Source: an uncultured Alistipes sp.
Lineage (GTDB): Bacteria > Bacteroidota > Bacteroidia > Bacteroidales > Rikenellaceae
Direction: 5' to 3'
Length of the DNA stretch: 37,672 bases
NCBI GenBank assembly: GCA_949283215.1
Contig: CASDSC010000076.1
Span: 1-37,672, forward strand
Shown here: positions 9,455-17,815 of the stretch, piece after piece
Layout of the letters: every line of letters begins with the position of its first letter
Numbering within the stretch: the first letter of the stretch is position 1
Notes under the pieces: generated by a model
What the model was told of the DNA's origin: nothing
What the model saw: only the letters and a program-made list of their open reading frames with translations
The model's database searches: none
Position numbers and translations under genes: made by a program

Positions 9455-10552
9455 TTATCGTGTTGTGGTGGAGTCTTCGTAATCCGTTCCGAAAACCGAA
9501 TTACCGGCCGTATATGTATCCCATTTGGACAGTACGGCCTCCATGTCTGCCGGCAGTTCGCTCTCGAAATAGACCTCTTTCCCTGTCGTCGGATGTACGA
9601 ACCCGAGACTCCGGGCGTGTAACCCGTGGCGAGGCATAAGTGCAAAGCAGTTTTCGATAAACTGTTTGTATTTGCTGAAAGTGGTGCCTTTCAGAATCCG
9701 GTCGCCCCCGTACCGCTCGTCATTGAACAACGGATGGCCTATGTGTTCCATGTGGACCCGGATCTGGTGGGTGCGACCTGTTTCCAGACGGCATTCGATC
9801 AACGTCACATAACCGTAACGCCGCAGCACCCGATAGTGCGTTACGGCATGTTTCCCGGCCGAGCCGTCTTCGAAGACCGCCATCTTCAACCGGTCGCGTA
9901 AACTGCGCCCGATATTGCCCACAATCGTCCCTTCATCCTCGTCGAAATTGCCCCATACAAGCGCTGTATAGACTCGTTTGATCGTGTGGTCGAAAAACTG
10001 TTTGGCGAGCCGTACATGACTGCGTTCGTTCTTGGCAACCACCAGAAGTCCCGATGTGTTTTTGTCGATCCGGTGTACCAGGCCTGCACGCATGTCTCCC
10101 TCCTGAAACAGGGGAAGATCCTGTAAATGGTAGGTCAGGGCGTTCACCAAGGTCCCCGAGTAGTTGCCGTGACCCGGGTGCACGACCATACCAGCCACCT
10201 TGTTGACGATGATCAGATCGTCGTCTTCGTACACAATGTCAAGGGGAATGTTCTCCGGAATGATCTCCAGTTCCCGCTTGGGATAGGGCATGACGATCGA
10301 AATCTGATCCAGCGGTTTGACCTTGTAGCTCGATTTCACCGCCGTACCGTTGACCAGAATCGATCCTGCGTCCGCCGCGCTCTGGATTCGGTTACGTGAC
10401 GTGCCTTCCAACCGGTTGGTCAGAAACTTATCGATGCGCATCAGCGCCTGACCCCGATCGACCGTCAGCGCAAAATGCTCGTACATTTCGTCCTGCTGAT
10501 CGTCCGCTTCGTTCAGAAAATCATCGTCTTCGATCGCTGTCTGAGTTGCCAT
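9455..10552 (-). CDS. rluD: RluA/RluD-family 23S rRNA pseudouridine synthase
   Basis: S4-like N-terminal domain (RIDKFLTNRL), catalytic HRIDKNTSGLLVVAK, and HQIRVH motif. Confidence 0.92.
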   Translation of the reverse strand: MATQTAIEDDDFLNEADDQQDEMYEHFALTVDRGQALMRIDKFLTNRLEGTSRNRIQSAADAGSILVNGTAVKSSYKVKPLDQISIVMPYPKRELEIIPENIPLDIVYEDDDLIIVNKVAGMVVHPGHGNYSGTLVNALTYHLQDLPLFQEGDMRAGLVHRIDKNTSGLLVVAKNERSHVRLAKQFFDHTIKRVYTALVWGNFDEDEGTIVGNIGRSLRDRLKMAVFEDGSAGKHAVTHYRVLRRYGYVTLIECRLETGRTHQIRVHMEHIGHPLFNDERYGGDRILKGTTFSKYKQFIENCFALMPRHGLHARSLGFVHPTTGKEVYFESELPADMEAVLSKWDTYTAGNSVFGTDYEDSTTTR

Positions 10553-10563
10553 GCACAGCCGTT

Positions 10564-11436
10564 TTATTCGTTCTTTTGTTCTTCTTCCTCAAGTTGACGC
10601 GCGGCTTCTTCTCGTGCCGCTTTATCCGAGGCGATACTGTTCTTCTCTACCAACTTCTCGTCCAGCGTGATCGACAGGTCTACAGAGGTCCCTAACGTGA
10701 CCCGTTGGCCTTGCCCCGGGGTTTGAAGATAAACACGTGCCTCTTTTTCGTTCAAGGCATTTACCCCGTCGCCATACGTGATTTTTCCTACGTTCAGGCC
10801 TACTTCCCACAGCCTGCTCTTTGCCTCCTTGAGCGGAAACCCGATCACCTTCGGAACAGCCTGCGGCGCCGCATCCTCGCTGATACCCACAATCAGCGTT
10901 ACATTGGATCCCATTTCCGCCTGTTTCTTGCTTGTCGCGGTGATCACCTGCCCGTCATATCGCTCCTCGAGCACGTTGTTGGTCGCCATATCGCTCCGGT
11001 AGACCAGCTTCTCGATGCCCAGACCCGCTACCTCCAGGTTGTTTTTGGCCTGACGGAGCGAGTAACCGGTTACGTACGGTATCTCGACCATCTTCTGTTT
11101 GAACGAGTTGACTGTGACGAAGATCCGTCGTCCCGATTTGACTTTTGCCCCCGGAGCCGGATTCTGTTCGAGTATAACTCCCCCGTCGTAGGTGGGAACG
11201 TACAGCGAATCGTTGATCTCGATGCGTAGCGAACCGTTACGGCCCGCAGGTTTTGCCTCGGCTACTGTCATCCCACTGAAATCAGGAACTGTCTTATGTT
11301 GTCCGTGCCGTGTGAAAAGGTTCAGCAGGATGGTCACAACGAATAAAAAAACGATGATGGCGCATACGGCCAGAACGACGTTACGAATGATCACATTGCC
11401 ATTGATCCGTGCTACCAGATTATTCAGAAACCCCAT
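10564..11436 (-). CDS. Membrane-anchored PASTA-domain protein (three PASTA repeats, no kinase or PBP domain)
   Basis: N-terminal TM helix (VVLAVCAIIVFLFVVTILL). Three ~65-aa repeats each start VPDFSG / IPYVTG / VPKVIG and contain the G..V..Q.P..G...G pattern. The tail is acidic (REEAARQLEEEEQKNE). Confidence 0.85.
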   Translation of the reverse strand: MGFLNNLVARINGNVIIRNVVLAVCAIIVFLFVVTILLNLFTRHGQHKTVPDFSGMTVAEAKPAGRNGSLRIEINDSLYVPTYDGGVILEQNPAPGAKVKSGRRIFVTVNSFKQKMVEIPYVTGYSLRQAKNNLEVAGLGIEKLVYRSDMATNNVLEERYDGQVITATSKKQAEMGSNVTLIVGISEDAAPQAVPKVIGFPLKEAKSRLWEVGLNVGKITYGDGVNALNEKEARVYLQTPGQGQRVTLGTSVDLSITLDEKLVEKNSIASDKAAREEAARQLEEEEQKNE

Positions 11437-11547
11437 TGCCTATTGTGCTATTATGGTTGGTCGAAGCGGTACGGCGTCGGCGGGAATCCCAATCGGTCCA
11501 TAGATATGGGCGGGTGACCCGGTGACGGCCTCGTTGCGGTAAAGTTA

Positions 11548-12669
11548 TTATTTTTTTATCGGATTATAAAAAGAATCACGTTCGACCGGTTGATAACCGG
11601 CGGCGCGGACCATCGCTTCCATTTCGGCTACACTCATGCGGGGCGATGTATCTTCGGCTCCAGCCATCGAATAGATCTTTGTGCTGTCGTCGATCGTACC
11701 GTCGATGTCATCGGCTCCGAAAGCCAAGGCCAATGCCGTCGTATCTTTGCCGAACATCGGCCAGTAGGCCTTGATATGGGCAAAATTATCGAGATAGATG
11801 CGTGACAGAGCCAGCATACGCATGTCTTCGACAATGCTGACCTCTCCGATCTCGGACATCGAATTGTGGAGGTTCCGGTATTTGAGTGGAATAAATGCAT
11901 TGAAACCGCCCGTTTCGTCCTGAAGGGTACGCAAACGGTCCAGGTGGTCAATGCGGTGTTCCCATCCCTCGATGTGCCCGTAGAGAATGGTCGCGTTGGT
12001 TTGGATCCCCATGCGGTGTGCCTCGCGGTGTACGGCGAGCCATTGGGCGGTACTTCCCTTGTCCGGACAGATCCGGGCACGGATCGTTTCGTCGAAGATC
12101 TCCGCTCCTCCCCCCGGCATCGTCTCCATCCCGGCCTCTTTCAGTCGGGTCAGGCCCTCGTGGATTGACAGGCCTGCCTGGTCAATCATGTAGGCCAGCT
12201 CGATGGCCGTGAAGGCTTTGACCGTCGCCTCGGGCAGAATGGCTTTGACTCGACGGATCATCTCGACATAATAATCCAGGTCGTGATGCGGATGTACTCC
12301 TCCGACAATATGAACCTCGGTGATCCCGCTCCCCACATAGCCGCGGGCTAGCTGCTCGATCTCTTCCAGCGAGTATTCCCATGCCTCGGGAGAGGTGGCA
12401 GGCCTGCGGTACGAGCAGAAACGGCAGTTGAAACGGCAGATATTGGTCGGCTCGATATGAAAATTGCGGTTGTAATAGACATCCCGGCCGCTTTTCCGTT
12501 CTTTGAGTGTGGTCGCGAGAAGGCCGAGAAGAGCAAGAGGGGCTTCGTGGGCCATTGTCATGGCTTCAGCACGGGTAAGACGTTCGCCCGCTAGAACACG
12601 GCGGGAGATACGTACTACCGCCTCGGACTGTGAGTCCGTGTACAATTGTGTCAGAAGAGTCGTATCCAT
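11548..12669 (-). CDS. mqnE: Radical SAM enzyme of the CofH/MqnC/MqnE family, most like aminofutalosine synthase (menaquinone via futalosine)
   Basis: CRFNCRFC (CxxxCxxC) cluster motif. GGGAEIF, NATILYGHIE and LQDETGGFNAFIPL motifs. C-terminal GADDIDGTIDDSTKIYSMAGAE. The family assignment is solid, but the MqnE versus MqnC subfamily is judged by eye only. Confidence 0.7.
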   Translation of the reverse strand: MDTTLLTQLYTDSQSEAVVRISRRVLAGERLTRAEAMTMAHEAPLALLGLLATTLKERKSGRDVYYNRNFHIEPTNICRFNCRFCSYRRPATSPEAWEYSLEEIEQLARGYVGSGITEVHIVGGVHPHHDLDYYVEMIRRVKAILPEATVKAFTAIELAYMIDQAGLSIHEGLTRLKEAGMETMPGGGAEIFDETIRARICPDKGSTAQWLAVHREAHRMGIQTNATILYGHIEGWEHRIDHLDRLRTLQDETGGFNAFIPLKYRNLHNSMSEIGEVSIVEDMRMLALSRIYLDNFAHIKAYWPMFGKDTTALALAFGADDIDGTIDDSTKIYSMAGAEDTSPRMSVAEMEAMVRAAGYQPVERDSFYNPIKK

Positions 12670-12710
12670 GGTCGATTCTTATAGGTCGAGTGTGCTAGGG
12701 CACCACCCGA

Positions 12711-12743
12711 AAATACGAAAAAAGGCTGCACGATATGCAGCCT
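12711..12743 (-). terminator. Rho-independent terminator after rpmH
   Basis: 8-bp stem (12723-12730 / 12736-12743, AGGCTGCA/TGCAGCCT) with a 5-nt loop. On the minus strand it is followed by TTTTTTCGTATTTTC. Confidence 0.75.
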
Positions 12744-12767
12744 GATAATTGTCTTCGTCAAAAAGAA

Positions 12768-12923
12768 CTATTTCGCACGCGCTTCGTCCGAAACCGTCAG
12801 TTTCTTACGACCTTTGGCGCGGCGTGCTGCCAGCACTTTGCGACCGTTGGCTGTCGACATTCTCTCCCGGAAACCGTGCTTGTTTATTCTCTTTTTCTGC
12901 GAGGGTTGAAAGGTCCTTTTCAT
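12768..12923 (-). CDS. rpmH: 50S ribosomal protein L34
   Basis: Absent from the ORF track because it is under 60 aa. The reverse complement reads ATG..TAG = [51 protein letters not shown] (51 aa), the canonical L34 sequence. It has its own promoter boxes and terminator. Confidence 0.95.
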   Translation of the reverse strand: MKRTFQPSQKKRINKHGFRERMSTANGRKVLAARRAKGRKKLTVSDEARAK

Positions 12924-12970
12924 GGTAAATTAAACTATTTTTTATCTTTTAAAAATTTCACAGCGGTTTG

Positions 12971-13000
12971 CAAAGGTAGCATAAATTTGGCGTTTCCAAA
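12971..13000 (-). promoter_or_regulatory. Bacteroidetes-type promoter (-33 TTTG, -7 TACCTTTG) for rpmH
   Basis: On the minus strand, TTTG (complement of 12997-13000), an 18-nt spacer, then TACCTTTG (complement of 12971-12978). Confidence 0.65.
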
Positions 13001-13004
13001 AATT

Positions 13005-13628
13005 TCAGCCCTTTTTTATGTATACGATTCGTTTTGTGGCGAAAAATTCGTCTCCAAACCACGTTCCGATATCGAATAACCGGTAAGGATGGCCTGTCTC
13101 GGCCAGCTCCTCCGAAAGATCGCCCCCTTTCAGGTAAAGAATCCCGTTCGGAAGACTCCCGGCCTGACCCGGTCGGATTTTGTCCCATATCCACGGAATG
13201 AAGGTATTCATCCGAGTAACTGCCCGACTTACAACATAATCGAAATCGCCTGGTACCTGTTCGGCCCGTTTATTGAGTCCCTCGGCGTTCTGTATATCGA
13301 GCGCGGCGATCAGATCGTTGACCACCATAATCTTTTTGCCGATCGAGTCGACTAGCGTAAAGTGCGTCTCTGGAAAGAGTATGGCCAATGGGATCCCTGG
13401 GAATCCTCCTCCACATCCGACATCCAATACACGAGATCCTGCATCGAATTGGCATGCCAAACCGATGGCTAGCGAATGCAATACGTGACGTGTATAAAAG
13501 GCTTCGGTATCTTTGCGCGAAATCAGGTTGATCCGCGTGTTCCACTCGAGCAACTTGGGCCCAAAAGCCTCCAATTGCTCCTGCTGTCGCCGGCTCAGGG
13601 TGGGAAAATAGCGTATGATCTCTTCCAT
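13005..13628 (-). CDS. rsmG: 16S rRNA (guanine527-N7)-methyltransferase RsmG (GidB)
   Basis: LLEWNTRINLIS, HVLHSL, and the SAM motif DVGCGGGFPGIPLAI; 207 aa. Confidence 0.92.
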   Translation of the reverse strand: MEEIIRYFPTLSRRQQEQLEAFGPKLLEWNTRINLISRKDTEAFYTRHVLHSLAIGLACQFDAGSRVLDVGCGGGFPGIPLAILFPETHFTLVDSIGKKIMVVNDLIAALDIQNAEGLNKRAEQVPGDFDYVVSRAVTRMNTFIPWIWDKIRPGQAGSLPNGILYLKGGDLSEELAETGHPYRLFDIGTWFGDEFFATKRIVYIKKG

Positions 13629-13634
13629 CTTTCG

Positions 13635-14225
13635 TTATTTTTTATGTGCCGGGTCGTGGATCAGCATCGAGCACAACTGTTCCCGGGCGCGGTGGATTTG
13701 GGTCTTGACCGTTCCCAAAGGCAAACTCAGCTTGTCAGCTATCTCTTCGTACGAAAACTCCCGGACAAAACGCAGCTCGATCAAAGTGCGATACTTGGGG
13801 CTCATCCGTTCCATGCAGGCGGCCAGTTGGGTCCCTAACTGGGTGTTGATCATCGTCTCCTCAGGTGTCGGAAGTCCTGATACCGGAATATTGGCCGAAG
13901 ATCCGTTCCCTGCCTGGTCGATCGATACTAGGTTGTCCCGCATGCGCCGCATGTAGTCGATGAATGTCCGATGAGCGATCGTATAGATCCATTGTCCGAA
14001 AGTGTAATCCGGATTGTATTTGTGTAGATAGATGAAAACCTTGATGAAGGTCTCCTGAAGTAAATCGTGCGTATCGTCTATATTCCCCCCAGTTCGTTGC
14101 ATATAGAGCTGGTAGATCGACGTCCGATACCGGTTGAACAGGTGCTCGAAGGCTGTCGAGTCACCCTCCAAAGCCAACGTAATGAGTTGTTGATCGGTCG
14201 CTCCGATGTAATTGGCTATCTCCAT
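13635..14225 (-). CDS. ECF-type (group 4-like) RNA polymerase sigma-70 family factor
   Basis: Region 2 (DLLQETFIKVFIYLHKYNP....WIYTIAHRTFIDYMRR) and a region 4 HTH (FSYEEIADKLSLPLGTVKTQIHRAREQL). The start is ambiguous. ATG at 14225 overlaps the GT2 stop by 10 nt. The upstream in-frame ATG at 14261 would overlap it by 46 nt. Confidence 0.85.
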   Translation of the reverse strand: MEIANYIGATDQQLITLALEGDSTAFEHLFNRYRTSIYQLYMQRTGGNIDDTHDLLQETFIKVFIYLHKYNPDYTFGQWIYTIAHRTFIDYMRRMRDNLVSIDQAGNGSSANIPVSGLPTPEETMINTQLGTQLAACMERMSPKYRTLIELRFVREFSYEEIADKLSLPLGTVKTQIHRAREQLCSMLIHDPAHKK

Positions 14226-15379
14226 ATTCCAGGGACCGGTTTGAGATTGCGGCTCAACCATAAGCCAAATTCCGTAAATGGCCCGATTACGTCATAGAGC
14301 ATGATCGGCCAGAATAAACCTCCTTCGCCGAGCCGCTTGCGAATTCGCCACATCTCGAACTCAACGATGAAGAGCCGCGTGACGATAAGTACGCCGACTC
14401 CGATTTGTATCTCCATTGGCGCGGTGGCAAGCAAAATTACTGCCGCTGTGTAAAACAGCAAACGACTGAATAATTCCCATCGAATTCCGTTTTTGACGGC
14501 TGTCGGATAAAATTTATATCCATAGGTCCGGAACTTCCGCCGGCGTTGCCACCAGCCGAGGCCTCCCTGTCGATCTTCCCGTACCGTGGCATTCGGGCTG
14601 AGAATGATATTCGTATTGTAGCGGGTGGCAATCCGTTGGATAAACAGATCGTCCTCGCCTATATTCATATTCAGATGATTGAACCCTTTGGCTCCGAAAT
14701 AAAGACTCTTGGTGTATCCTATGTTGTGGCGTGAACCTGCGTACGGTACTCCTCGGATTGCTGAGGAAAGAGAGCGTATGGCACTCCACAGGTTGGTTGT
14801 GCGCATGATCCCTCCGGAGAAACCTCGTGTGCGTTCTACCCCGCAATAGCCCAAAACAACGTCACCTGCACAGAATCCACGTGCCATCAGGGCTAACCAT
14901 TGGCGTGAACCCGGTCGTGATTCGGTTGTCGTAAACAACAAGTGTTCGTATTGTGCGGCTTTGATACCGACATTCAGAGCCAGTTTGTTGTTCAGTGCAT
15001 AATTGGCGGGTCGCGTCATCCGGGTTGTTTTCAGGTGTGGATAACGTGCTGACAGCAGTGTGAGTTGATCGTTATACTCTTCTGAAGTGTCGATCGTTAC
15101 CAGAACTACCTCGAATTGTGTATATTCCTGTTCCAATAGTTCCGGAAGTGCTCCTTCAAGGAAAGCATAGTCCTCTTCGACCACCACGATGATTGATACT
15201 GGAGGCGGTGTCGGTGATCCGTAAGGTTTGCGGCTGCGGTACGAAGCGATCCGTCCGTATCGTCCGGCGTAATACCATAGCTGTATCCCATAGGTCACTA
15301 TCGCTATGACGATTAACCAGCGTGTCCATGCCGAATAGTTGGCAATCAAATCGTTGTATATTGTTTCAAACCACTCCAC
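14216..15379 (-). CDS. Integral-membrane family 2 glycosyltransferase
   Basis: N-terminal TM helix, then a GT2-like core (VSIIVVVEEDYAFLEGALPELLEQEY..FEVVLV). An acidic GEDDLF motif and a WWQRRRKF segment follow, then C-terminal TM helices. The apparent start is GTG (complement of 15377-15379). Confidence 0.8.
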   Translation of the reverse strand: MEWFETIYNDLIANYSAWTRWLIVIAIVTYGIQLWYYAGRYGRIASYRSRKPYGSPTPPPVSIIVVVEEDYAFLEGALPELLEQEYTQFEVVLVTIDTSEEYNDQLTLLSARYPHLKTTRMTRPANYALNNKLALNVGIKAAQYEHLLFTTTESRPGSRQWLALMARGFCAGDVVLGYCGVERTRGFSGGIMRTTNLWSAIRSLSSAIRGVPYAGSRHNIGYTKSLYFGAKGFNHLNMNIGEDDLFIQRIATRYNTNIILSPNATVREDRQGGLGWWQRRRKFRTYGYKFYPTAVKNGIRWELFSRLLFYTAAVILLATAPMEIQIGVGVLIVTRLFIVEFEMWRIRKRLGEGGLFWPIMLYDVIGPFTEFGLWLSRNLKPVPGIWR

Positions 15380-15397
15380 TACGTTGCGAATTTCTCA

Positions 15398-15405
15398 CAA
15401 AGCTA
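15398..15405 (-). promoter_or_regulatory. -7 box for the GT2-sigma-rsmG transcription unit
   Basis: TAGCTTTG on the minus strand (complement of 15398-15405), 18 nt upstream of the GTG start. Confidence 0.5.
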
Positions 15406-15449
15406 CGTGATTTTCGCCGAATGCCCAAGCGCGTTCGTCAAAAAAACAC

Positions 15450-15457
15450 TATCTTTG
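15450..15457 (+). promoter_or_regulatory. -7 box for tgt
   Basis: TATCTTTG at 15450-15457, 16 nt before ATG 15474. It is divergent from the GT2 promoter. Confidence 0.55.
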
Positions 15458-15473
15458 CCCACTACGTTTTGTT

Positions 15474-16604
15474 ATGACTTTTGACCTTCAACATACTGCT
15501 CCCGGTACTCGAGCTCGTGCCGGTTTGATTATGACTGATCACGGACCGATCGAAACCCCTATTTTTATGCCAGTGGGTACGGTCGGTAGCGTGAAAGGCA
15601 TCTTTCATCGAGATTTGAAAAACGAGGCCGGCGCACAGATTATCCTGGCCAATACCTATCATCTCTATCTTCGGCCAGGAACCACAATTCTGGAGCAGGC
15701 AGGCGGTATCCACCGTTTCTCTGCTTGGGATCGCCCGGTGTTGACCGATAGCGGCGGGTTTCAGGTTTTCTCGCTCGAGGCCAATCGGAAAATTACCGAA
15801 GAGGGATGTCGATTCAGTTCGCACATCGACGGGTCCAAGCATCTGTTTACCCCGGAAAATGTCATCGATACGCAGCGCTCGATCGGTGCCGACATTATGA
15901 TGGCTTTCGACGAATGTCCTTCGGGAACTGCCGAATATGATTATGCTGCCAAATCGTTGGCGTTGACCAACCGTTGGCTCGAACGTTGTTTTGCCCGTTA
16001 TCGCCAGACACAACCGAAATATGGGTATTACCAGTCACTGTTCCCTATCGTGCAGGGCTGTACATATCCCGATCTGCGTGAGAAGTCGGCCAGGTTCGTG
16101 CAGCAGTTCGGTGCTGACGGTTATGCAATCGGTGGCCTTGCGGTGGGGGAACCGGCTGAGACAATGTATGAAATGATTGAAGTGGTCAATGCCATACTGC
16201 CGACGGATAAGCCTCGTTATCTGATGGGGGTCGGTACTCCGGTCAATCTGCTCGAGGCGATCGATCGGGGGGTAGATATGTTCGATTGTGTGATGCCGAC
16301 GAGAAACGGTAGAAATGGAATGCTCTTTACTTCGGAAGGAGTAATCAACATTAAGAATCTCAAATGGCGCGACGATTTCTCGCCGATTGATCCCATGGGA
16401 CACTGTTTTGTCGATACGGCATATTCCAAGGCGTATCTACGGCATCTGGTCATCGCGGGCGAAATGTTGGCCGCGCAGATTGCCAGCCTCCATAATGTGG
16501 CCTTCTATTTGTGGCTCGTCGCCGAGGCTCGCCGTCACATTCTAGACGGTTCGTTTGCCGAGTGGAAGCCTGTGATGATCGAACGACTCAGCCGTCGTTT
16601 ATAA
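15474..16604 (+). CDS. tgt: Queuine tRNA-ribosyltransferase (tRNA-guanine transglycosylase)
   Basis: ARAGLIMTDHGPIETPIFMPVGT, LTDSGGFQVFS, YLMGVGTP and DMFDCVMPTR catalytic motifs. The zinc motif is atypical (see findings). Confidence 0.95.
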   Translation: MTFDLQHTAPGTRARAGLIMTDHGPIETPIFMPVGTVGSVKGIFHRDLKNEAGAQIILANTYHLYLRPGTTILEQAGGIHRFSAWDRPVLTDSGGFQVFSLEANRKITEEGCRFSSHIDGSKHLFTPENVIDTQRSIGADIMMAFDECPSGTAEYDYAAKSLALTNRWLERCFARYRQTQPKYGYYQSLFPIVQGCTYPDLREKSARFVQQFGADGYAIGGLAVGEPAETMYEMIEVVNAILPTDKPRYLMGVGTPVNLLEAIDRGVDMFDCVMPTRNGRNGMLFTSEGVINIKNLKWRDDFSPIDPMGHCFVDTAYSKAYLRHLVIAGEMLAAQIASLHNVAFYLWLVAEARRHILDGSFAEWKPVMIERLSRRL

Positions 16605-16613
16605 CTGTGTAAA

Positions 16614-17717
16614 ATGATGAAGATCAAATTCCCTGGAGTTCGTATTCTTGACCGATATATCATGCGTAAGTTCATTGGAACTTATGTCTTCGCCATCATG
16701 TTGATCATTATTGTGGTGGTGATTTTTGATGCGGCCGAGAAGGTCGATGACTTCATCGAGAATAAAGCCCCCCTGGCGGCCATCGCATTCCAATACTATC
16801 TGAATTTTATCCCTTTTTTCATTAATCAGTTTAGCGGGCTGTTTACGTTCATCGCGGTGATCTTCTTTACCTCAAAGATGGCCTACAATACTGAAATCAT
16901 TGCCATCCTCTCGAGCGGTGTCAGCTTCAAGCGGCTGATGTGGCCTTATTTCCTTTCTGCGCTGGGAATTACCTTGCTCAGTTTGTCTCTCAACCTGTTC
17001 GTGATACCCGCAGCAAATGCGCGCCGACTCAGTTTTGAGGCTAAGTATTTCGACCGGATGAAAAACGTCAAATATGATCAGCATATATATCGGCAATTGA
17101 CCCCTGGGTCGTTCGTCTATATCCGGGACTTTACGGATGAAGACCATACGGCTACTTTCTTCTCGATAAAACATTATCAGAATGGTGTCATGACCGAAAG
17201 TCTCGATGCCGGAAATGTGCATTTTGACCCTGAAACACAGCGTTGGACTGCCAAAGAATATGTAGTGCGCCATTTTAACGGAGAGCAGGAAATTTTTGAG
17301 CAGAAAACCATGCTTGACACAATGATCAATCTCGATATTAATGAGTTGGGTAAGGTGGAAGAGCTGGTAAAGACCATGAATGTGTTTGAACTCTCGGATT
17401 TTATCGATCAACAGCGTGAAAAGGGGTCCGATATGATTTCCGTGTTTGAGGTCGAAAAGCACGGTCGTTTTGCATTCCCTGCTGCTACTTTTATTCTGAC
17501 CTTGATCGGCGTCTCTCTCTCTGCTCGAAAAGTTCGGGGTGGTACCGGCTTGCACATAGGTATAGGTATAGGACTCTGTTTTTCCTATATTCTGGTAAGC
17601 AAATTTGCTGAGGAGTTCGCAAAAGGAGGCGTTTTACCTGCGGCCGTTTCAGTATGGCTGCCCAATCTGCTTTATCTCCTCATCGCGTTGTATTTGTACC
17701 GAAAAGCGCCTAAGTAA
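16614..17717 (+). CDS. LptF/LptG-family lipopolysaccharide export permease (YjgP/YjgQ)
   Basis: ILDRYIMRKFIGTYVFAIMLIIIVVVIFD N-terminus typical of the family, multiple TM helices with a central periplasmic domain; 367 aa. Confidence 0.88.
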   Translation: MMKIKFPGVRILDRYIMRKFIGTYVFAIMLIIIVVVIFDAAEKVDDFIENKAPLAAIAFQYYLNFIPFFINQFSGLFTFIAVIFFTSKMAYNTEIIAILSSGVSFKRLMWPYFLSALGITLLSLSLNLFVIPAANARRLSFEAKYFDRMKNVKYDQHIYRQLTPGSFVYIRDFTDEDHTATFFSIKHYQNGVMTESLDAGNVHFDPETQRWTAKEYVVRHFNGEQEIFEQKTMLDTMINLDINELGKVEELVKTMNVFELSDFIDQQREKGSDMISVFEVEKHGRFAFPAATFILTLIGVSLSARKVRGGTGLHIGIGIGLCFSYILVSKFAEEFAKGGVLPAAVSVWLPNLLYLLIALYLYRKAPK

Positions 17718-17746
17718 TAGGTAGAATTGACTGTTTAGTGGATCTG

Positions 17747-17763
17747 TTTCCCTCCGGGGGAAA
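17747..17763. terminator. Short GC hairpin between the convergent lptF/G and radC genes (possible weak bidirectional terminator)
   Basis: TTTCCC (17747-17752) / GGGAAA (17758-17763) with a 5-nt loop. There is no clear U-tract on either strand. Confidence 0.3.
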
Positions 17764-17815
17764 TCAGTGTGGAGATGCCGATTTTGAACGAATCGCGGCT
17801 CTCTTCTGTTCAGGT

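Noticed and set aside
12735-13079. 114-aa plus-strand ORF
   Set aside because: It overlaps rpmH (a perfect L34 sequence on the minus strand), the rpmH promoter and the rsmG 3' end. It is spurious.
14226-14261. Twelve-codon N-terminal extension of the sigma factor (start at 14261)
   Set aside because: It would overlap the GT2 gene by 46 nt. The downstream ATG at 14225 leaves a typical distance to the sigma region 2 start. It is kept as an alternative start only.
16872-17555. 227-aa minus-strand ORF
   Set aside because: It is antisense to the LptF/G permease gene and has no recognisable domain.
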